From a virus (Duplodnaviria; Caudoviricetes): DNA of 32,135 bases. The stretch spans positions 1 to 32,135 of the IMG/VR virus record IMGVR_UViG_3300037755_000538; one strand, 5' to 3'. Position 1 is the stretch's first letter. Every line of letters starts with the position of its first letter. Of the stretch, positions 26,591 to 32,135 are shown one piece after another. A program made the translations under genes and the position numbers. The notes under the pieces are model-generated. The model did no database searches, was not told the DNA's origin, and was given only the letters and a program-made list of their open reading frames with translations.

Positions 26591-27046
26591 TCAAACCAGT
26601 TCCGCAACCCGGCCCGCTCGCCCGAGCTTGGTCAGGGTCTGGTCATGCCGGGTTCGCAGTTCGGCAAGCTCCGCTTCCAGTATCTCAACCTTGACCTCCA
26701 GTTCCTTGGCGTGAGCCTTCCAATTGATCTTTTCTTTCGCTTCGGTGTTCTTCGCCGGGGCAGAAAGATCGATCATGGCCCAGATGTTGTGCGAGTATTC
26801 GTCCCACGTCGCCTTGGTTGGATTCTTGCGGTAGGCCCGCAGCATGTTCGCGAGCGACGGCTTGCCGCCGAAGTGGGCAAAGCCGGTGGCCTCCAGATGT
26901 TCCACCAGTGCTGTCTGCCCGCCGTACTCTTCACAGTATTCCGGATCGTCCGCGATCTCGGACGCCAACTTGAGCATGTCGAACAGGTTCGTTCGTGCCT
27001 TCTTGCCGAGCTTCTTCAATTCGGCGTGTTTTTGTTTCGAGTCCAT
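26591..27046 (-). CDS. Hypothetical protein with C-terminal coiled coil
   Basis: AAGGA RBS; co-oriented between the ncRNA and the Cas12f-like gene. Confidence 0.75.
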   Translation of the reverse strand: MDSKQKHAELKKLGKKARTNLFDMLKLASEIADDPEYCEEYGGQTALVEHLEATGFAHFGGKPSLANMLRAYRKNPTKATWDEYSHNIWAMIDLSAPAKNTEAKEKINWKAHAKELEVKVEILEAELAELRTRHDQTLTKLGRAGRVAELV

Positions 27047-27066
27047 TGCTTGATCCTTTCGAGTTC

Positions 27067-27268
27067 AAAAAAAAGAGAAACCGCCCGGAATGAGACTGTC
27101 GGCGCGTGTGAGGACTCGAACGCCCTGCCTTCCGCGAGCGGAAAGCGCATCGTTCGCTTATGGGTTTCGCCGAGATGGCCAAAAAGCACGTTGGGCTTTT
27201 CAGATGCTCGGCATTCGGGCTGCGAGTGCCCGCAAGCTCCAACCGACAGTCTCATTCCGGGCGGTTTC
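27067..27268 (-). ncRNA. Candidate tracrRNA/omegaRNA-like guide scaffold
   Basis: Perfect 26-bp inverted repeat (27077-27102/27243-27268) enclosing several hairpins, then a U-tract; 3' segment complementary to the two 21-bp repeats. Confidence 0.72.
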
Positions 27269-27289
27269 ATTGCCATATTCAGTCTTGGT

Positions 27290-27340
27290 GTTATACTTGT
27301 ACGGAATAATAGACCGAATGTCAATGATTTTCCCGTACAA
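27290..27340. promoter_or_regulatory. Divergent promoter region with inverted operator-like repeat
   Basis: Minus-strand TTGACA at 27324-27319; TTGTACGG (27297-27304) and CCGTACAA (27333-27340); AT-rich. Confidence 0.55.
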
Positions 27341-27361
27341 ATAAAATAATGCAGGAAAAAC

Positions 27362-27553
27362 GTGCCGAAAAAGAGATCTAAGAAAAAATCGCGGGGGAGA
27401 CCGCCGGTCCCAAGGGCTGAACGGCGGGACGAATCCATTCGGATCGCGCTAACGATGAATGAAAAGCGAAAGATCGAATCGGCAGCAAAAGCCGCCGGCC
27501 TGTCGATTTCGGATTACGGGCGAAAACTTCTGTTGGAAAATACCGTTCATTGA
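27362..27553 (+). CDS. Ribbon-helix-helix regulator with RGRP motif
   Basis: RGRPP...SIRIALTMNEKRKIESAAKAAGLSISDYGRKLLL. Confidence 0.75.
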   Translation: MPKKRSKKKSRGRPPVPRAERRDESIRIALTMNEKRKIESAAKAAGLSISDYGRKLLLENTVH

Positions 27554-27630
27554 AACGTCTATGGTTTTTAGTGGCTCAGTCTGGCATGATTCAGTGTTCG
27601 GCAATTTCATTTCTTGGGAAAGGCGAAGCC

Positions 27631-28071
27631 ATGAAAACCGGCGAACCAAAGAAGAAACGTGAAGCCCCCTGGACGCTCATCAGCTTTCTCTTGTGCGGCA
27701 TCTTCGTGGTCTGGTTCGGAATCTTCAATCTTCAAAAAGAGGATTCAAGAAACCAGCGGCCGGCGATTAAGGCTGGAGTAAGCTTGAAACTCGGATCGTG
27801 GTCTGGAAGTGGCGCGAAAACAACGGAGAAATTTGAATCGGTTACTGGCGAGCTGGAATTTGTCTGGGATGCCAAGCAGACGGACAATGAGATTGAGGGG
27901 ATATTCCAAATTTATTCCTATGGATCGGGTGGAATGAAAATTCCGGCGAATCAGATTATCTCCGGCACGGTTGCGGAATCTGGTTTTTTGCATGGAGATC
28001 CTGGTATTTATTACCTCACCATCAATGCGGCCCATTGCAGTTGGTCCGTTGACGTTTACGAACGGCGATAG
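27631..28071 (+). CDS. Single-pass membrane protein with beta-rich extracytoplasmic domain
   Basis: Basic N-terminus, hydrophobic WTLISFLLCGIFVVWFGIF, C-terminal PGIYYLTINAAHCSWSVDV. Confidence 0.7.
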   Translation: MKTGEPKKKREAPWTLISFLLCGIFVVWFGIFNLQKEDSRNQRPAIKAGVSLKLGSWSGSGAKTTEKFESVTGELEFVWDAKQTDNEIEGIFQIYSYGSGGMKIPANQIISGTVAESGFLHGDPGIYYLTINAAHCSWSVDVYERR

Positions 28072-28100
28072 CGATTCGACGGGGAGGCCGTGATGGGTAA

Positions 28101-28328
28101 TCACCAAAAATCCCCCTGATCGTCCCGGTAATCATAAGCGTCCAGCTCCGTCCATCGCGTGCGCATCGGGCTGAAATCCCAAATCGGCTTGAGCTTCACG
28201 AATTGGCTGACGCAAAACAACCGGCAGGCCCACGCCAGGAAGTCGCCCCAGCCGGATTCGATGCTCAACAGCTTATCCGGCTTGCCCGCGAAGTATCGAC
28301 GCGCCGCCCGCGCCGAGGGGAACGCCAT
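28101..28328 (-). CDS. Hypothetical protein
   Basis: 75 aa; GGAG upstream; no motif. Confidence 0.35.
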   Translation of the reverse strand: MAFPSARAARRYFAGKPDKLLSIESGWGDFLAWACRLFCVSQFVKLKPIWDFSPMRTRWTELDAYDYRDDQGDFW

Positions 28329-28412
28329 CTTGTATTCCGACTCCCTGCCGGTGATGTGACATTTGAGCGTGATCGTGAAATGTCTCAGACAGCCTCCGTT
28401 AGTGGAACCCTG

Positions 28413-28721
28413 CTACGGCAATACGGAACCGAGGCTGAAGATAATTTGGAGAATGAACCAGCAAAGCCCAAGGAACAGGGTCACGGGGAACGTGATTGGA
28501 GCCAAAATTAAAAACAGAAGCATCGCGAAGCCATCTTCTTCCTGCTGAACCGAGCCTCTCGAAGCCAAGAGAACCAGTGATGAAAGCATGCCCAAGTAGC
28601 AAGTCGTGAGGTACGCGACTCTGGTGAGCTTTGAATTTTTCATGTTCGTTGATGCTTGTTCATAAAACATTCGAGAGAAGCTTCCTCGCCAGTGTTTCAT
28701 ATCAATCCTCCCTGTCAGCAA
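28413..28721 (-). CDS. Small membrane protein, 2-3 hydrophobic segments (start uncertain)
   Basis: Long hydrophobic stretches. Confidence 0.5.
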   Translation of the reverse strand: MLTGRIDMKHWRGSFSRMFYEQASTNMKNSKLTRVAYLTTCYLGMLSSLVLLASRGSVQQEEDGFAMLLFLILAPITFPVTLFLGLCWFILQIIFSLGSVLP

Positions 28722-28926
28722 TGTGAAATTCGGGGATCTTTTTATTCACGGTACGGCTTTCCGGTTTCGTGCCAAGACAGGCAGATTTGCATGCCGTTTT
28801 TCTTCTCTTTCGACATAGTATTCATTGCCTTCGCGTTTTTCTTCCGAAGCCGCTTGGCTTCCCTTTTGCGTTTTTTCATTGGTCTTTCCACGTCTCTGGA
28901 TTTTTAACAACCCGAATTTCCATCTC

Positions 28927-29124
28927 TCAATCCCCCTCCACGAAAGCCCGTTCAAAAAACTCGAACTTGCAGTAGCGACACCGGCGCTTGCGTCGCGTGA
29001 ACCGGCCTGAATGCCGAGTGAACCGAACCGGAACGTGCCGGCAATTACACTTCGGACACCGAACGCCAGATTCCCGGACATCCTCAGCTTTTGGCTTGTC
29101 GTCTTGCTCTTCCAAAGCGATCAC
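28927..29124 (-). CDS. Zinc-ribbon protein (Ogr/Delta- or NrdR-N-like)
   Basis: CPKC...TR...RRKRRCRYC...F. Confidence 0.7.
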   Translation of the reverse strand: MIALEEQDDKPKAEDVRESGVRCPKCNCRHVPVRFTRHSGRFTRRKRRCRYCKFEFFERAFVEGD

Positions 29125-29142
29125 CGCACTAATCCCTTTCGT

Positions 29143-29493
29143 TTACAGAAGTGGCAACCGATCCATCCACGTCTCGGGAATCAATCGCTCTCTCAAGAGT
29201 TCTTCACCGTAATTGCCGATTTCCGGGAGTGATGGATGCGAGACGCCTAACTCCCAGCAACCGTGATGTGCCGAATAGCTCAGCGAGTGGACAACGCAAT
29301 TCTTTAGCTCGGGACGGAACTGCTCGACGATCGATTGAATATGCGATTGAGTCTCTTGCTTCGATGGCGAAGCAGCCAGCACTTTCATGAGGGGATCGAT
29401 CAGCGAAACATCCCTCCGGGTGATAAAAAACACTTGGGCGTGATCCGGGAACATATAGAACGGATCGACAAATTCCTTGATTTCTGGTTTCAT
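29143..29493 (-). CDS. Hypothetical protein
   Basis: 116 aa, operon context, RBS. Confidence 0.6.
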   Translation of the reverse strand: MKPEIKEFVDPFYMFPDHAQVFFITRRDVSLIDPLMKVLAASPSKQETQSHIQSIVEQFRPELKNCVVHSLSYSAHHGCWELGVSHPSLPEIGNYGEELLRERLIPETWMDRLPLL

Positions 29494-29511
29494 TCCTTAT
29501 ATCCCTTTCGC

Positions 29512-29919
29512 TTAGTCGCCGGTCCACACGCCATCGGGCCTGAGTTGCGCCAACGCCAGAACTTCGCACAAGGCCCCCTTCACATTGCCCTCGCTGGGTT
29601 GCCAATAGTCATCATCGACATCGTCAGCCAACTGGTCAATCGCCGCCCTTAGGATTGGGATTGACTCCGCCCCGGTCAGCCCATAAATCGCCCGGATGCT
29701 GTGCAGCTTGCCATCCTCCTGGGCCATGTGGTGATGCTTTTCATCTGGTTCACGGGCTGGCAGCACCCGATCCAGATGCAGGGAATAGTTGTAGGTGATG
29801 TTGAACTCCGCCCTCAGGCAACCGCCCATCTGATATGTCCCGCCTTTCATCTGGTGTGGTTCATCCAGTTGCAAAACCGCACCGCTCGCCGGTTCCCGAA
29901 GTTCGATGTCGTAGCTCAT
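29512..29919 (-). CDS. Hypothetical phage protein
   Basis: MSYDIEL...NITYNYS...DYWQPSEGN...RPDGVW; RBS. Confidence 0.7.
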   Translation of the reverse strand: MSYDIELREPASGAVLQLDEPHQMKGGTYQMGGCLRAEFNITYNYSLHLDRVLPAREPDEKHHHMAQEDGKLHSIRAIYGLTGAESIPILRAAIDQLADDVDDDYWQPSEGNVKGALCEVLALAQLRPDGVWTGD

Positions 29920-29936
29920 GGTTTTTTCCCTTTCGT

Positions 29937-32099
29937 TTATCGACGTGACTTCCGCCCCTGGATTTCCGAGAGGCTGATTTTCTTTTTCTTAGGTTCCACC
30001 ACTTCGCCGCCAATGGAGATTCCATCGAACGCCGCCAGCGCCGCACAACCCACCAAGCAATCCAGCCAGTGATTATCCTCGCCCACCTTCCGTTCGTATT
30101 CCAATTTCTTTCTCCCGTTGGACTCGGCCAGCGTCCGGCGTTCCGCCAGCAAGTGGCTTGCCAACATTTGATGCTTCATTTTGCTGTCGCCGTAGAAAGT
30201 AATCGGGGCTTCGCCGCCCAACGGCATCGCCAGCCGATCATGCACAAATTCTTTTGCGAAATTGACATCGACTTCCAAAAGTTTTTGTTGCTTCCCCTGC
30301 GGATAGACGAACCGCCACGGAAACCCCTTGCCCCGGCGTTCACCCTGCTTCAAGGCCCGCTGGAGCATTGGACATTGCTTCGTCGTGATCCCCTCGCCTT
30401 TCATGGGCAAAACAAGCTGCCCCCGCGAGTTTTGACGGCAAAAACGGTACACAATCTCCGATTTCCAGCCCATATCGATCCCGACACGGGAAAGATCGTG
30501 ATTGACGCCAGAATCCCCGCTGAATTTCAATCCGAACAAGCGGTCAGTCAACGACTCCAAGCCGCTGTAGAGCGACTCATCAACCGACGATGGCTTGCTC
30601 TGAGTTTTTAGGAACCAATCCTCAAGCGTCGGACTGATCTCGTTGGACGTGAAATACTCCCGCCGCTGGTCGGGGAAAGCACCGTACCCGAGGACATAGC
30701 CGCCAAACCGGGAAGTCCAACCACAAACCATCCACCACAGCACTTCCCCGCCGGTGTCGATGAACGAATTGATGAGCGTCACATCCGCCGGCACATGGAA
30801 CGCCTGGTGATTGTTGACGCGGTTGACCAGGCTCTCGAATTTCGGCATTCCGCTCATGTCGATCGCTTCGGGCGGGTCGTTCTGATATTCGCAGAAGATG
30901 AAATCCCAGCCCTTGTCCGCCGCCGCGTTGTGGACGTGCTGAATCGCGGAATACTCCAGGGGCTTGCCATCTTCCCCTGGCTGGGAAATGAAGCGATTCG
31001 GGTTCGCAACAACGGCCCCAGCGTCCATTTCCTCCCGATGCTCCAGGTAGAACGCCGTCGCCTGCCGGCCGTCCAAGTCTTCCGTGCCGCGCTTGCCGTC
31101 CTGCCGCAATTCAATGTAGCGGTCCCACTTGGCTTTTTCGTCCGGCCAACGCAACACTTGCCGATACCGAACACCCGAGAACCCCGGCTTGATCTGCGGA
31201 TTGGTGTATCTGGCCGCCAAGCAGTCTTGATTCTGGATTGTGCAGAGAAAAACCCGGGCAAGACGGGTATCAGGCCCCGCCAAGCCGCCGATGGCGTTCT
31301 CAATCTTGCGTTCCAGCTTGCCGATCTGGTGCAGGCTCCCTGCGACTTCCTCCGTTTCGACGTCGTCCAGCAAAACGAAATCCGGGCGATTCACCCCGCG
31401 CCGCAAACCACGGATGGAACCTTCGACGCCGCGTGCCGTCAACGCCACGCCCGCGGACTTGGACAGGTGGCGTTCATAGGAAATTTTGCATTGGAAGCAG
31501 CGAAAACCCCCGTTTTTTAGCGGTTTGGCGGGTTTATAGCACTTGGGGCACCATTCCAGGAAGACTTTCGGGAATTGAATCAAGGCCCCGCTCCATTTTA
31601 GGTGCGTCCGCACGCCTCGCACCGTCTGGGAGTTCGCCCCCTGCGGAGCGCCTTTCAAATCGCGGATGGGGACGCAAATTTCCGGGTAGTCTTCCGCGAG
31701 TAAATCGTTCGACTCGTATTCATTTTTGATATTTGACAGGATGTTCTCTGCGTCACTGCCGGTGGCCGACAAGATCACCGGGAACCGCAAATACCCCGTA
31801 AGCGGGCCATAGAAACCCGCAATTCCCTCGATAAGCGATGTTTTCCCGCTACCCCGGCTGTCGGCAATGCCCTTATCCCCCCCGTGCCGGATGCGATGGA
31901 CCAATTCCTTGATAATCTCCCGCTGGTTCTGCGTGAACGGCAGATAGAACTTGTGCGGGAAATAGGTGAGCAGGAACGTTTCCGCGTCCGCTTCGCAATT
32001 CAAGCGGCGCTGCGGAGATTGGACCGGTGGAATTTCCAGGTCTCGCTCAGCCGCTCGTTTTTTGTTGTTTAATTTTCTTTGTGACTCGTTATAAGTCAT
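29937..32099 (-). CDS. Terminase large subunit (GpA family)
   Basis: Walker A SRGSGKTS, Walker B RPDFVLLDDVE, EYQNDP, nuclease FID...NHWLDCLVG. Confidence 0.93.
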   Translation of the reverse strand: MTYNESQRKLNNKKRAAERDLEIPPVQSPQRRLNCEADAETFLLTYFPHKFYLPFTQNQREIIKELVHRIRHGGDKGIADSRGSGKTSLIEGIAGFYGPLTGYLRFPVILSATGSDAENILSNIKNEYESNDLLAEDYPEICVPIRDLKGAPQGANSQTVRGVRTHLKWSGALIQFPKVFLEWCPKCYKPAKPLKNGGFRCFQCKISYERHLSKSAGVALTARGVEGSIRGLRRGVNRPDFVLLDDVETEEVAGSLHQIGKLERKIENAIGGLAGPDTRLARVFLCTIQNQDCLAARYTNPQIKPGFSGVRYRQVLRWPDEKAKWDRYIELRQDGKRGTEDLDGRQATAFYLEHREEMDAGAVVANPNRFISQPGEDGKPLEYSAIQHVHNAAADKGWDFIFCEYQNDPPEAIDMSGMPKFESLVNRVNNHQAFHVPADVTLINSFIDTGGEVLWWMVCGWTSRFGGYVLGYGAFPDQRREYFTSNEISPTLEDWFLKTQSKPSSVDESLYSGLESLTDRLFGLKFSGDSGVNHDLSRVGIDMGWKSEIVYRFCRQNSRGQLVLPMKGEGITTKQCPMLQRALKQGERRGKGFPWRFVYPQGKQQKLLEVDVNFAKEFVHDRLAMPLGGEAPITFYGDSKMKHQMLASHLLAERRTLAESNGRKKLEYERKVGEDNHWLDCLVGCAALAAFDGISIGGEVVEPKKKKISLSEIQGRKSRR

Positions 32100-32135
32100 T
32101 TGCCAAAATCACTCTATCACTTTTGAGTTTTTTAC

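Larger units (their letters stand above)
1..32135. mobile_element. Temperate siphovirus-like phage genome segment (probable Planctomycete host)
   Basis: Integrase, excisionase, terminase, lambda-type portal, prohead protease, capsid, tail tube, tail chaperone and tape measure genes in canonical order; no host housekeeping genes. Confidence 0.93.

Noticed and set aside
24953-27268. Canonical CRISPR-Cas locus or active IS200/IS605 element
   Set aside because: No regularly spaced array, no cas1/cas2/cas4, no tnpA, and the RuvC catalytic motifs are not recognisable
26645-27438. ORFs crossing the 26-bp inverted repeat region (e.g. 27016-27438, 26645-27349)
   Set aside because: No motifs; they overlap better-supported genes, promoter and structured RNA

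Overview
About 32 kb of a temperate, lambda-like long-tailed phage, probably infecting a Planctomycete (inferred from a Planctomycete-style prepilin gene and the GpA-terminase/lambda-portal/Mu-gpT-like capsid gene set). Phage genes lie on both sides of a probable attP, suggesting the excised form. Left to right: Dam-type methyltransferase, HNH, excisionase, tyrosine integrase and attP; an accessory region (DEDDh exoribonuclease, tRNA-like element, large structured non-coding region, small ORFs, pilin-like gene); a minus-strand tail and head operon containing two glycosyltransferase-like genes; and the terminase large subunit. The most notable feature is a cassette between terminase and portal: a 388-aa Cas12f/TnpB-like protein lacking recognisable RuvC catalytic residues and the C-terminal zinc finger, a ~190-nt structured RNA closed by a perfect 26-bp stem, two 21-bp repeats complementary to that RNA's 3' end, and a 23-nt segment complementary to the portal translation-start region. 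This looks like a phage-encoded, nuclease-dead RNA-guided regulator. All family calls come from reading motifs by eye; no searches were run.
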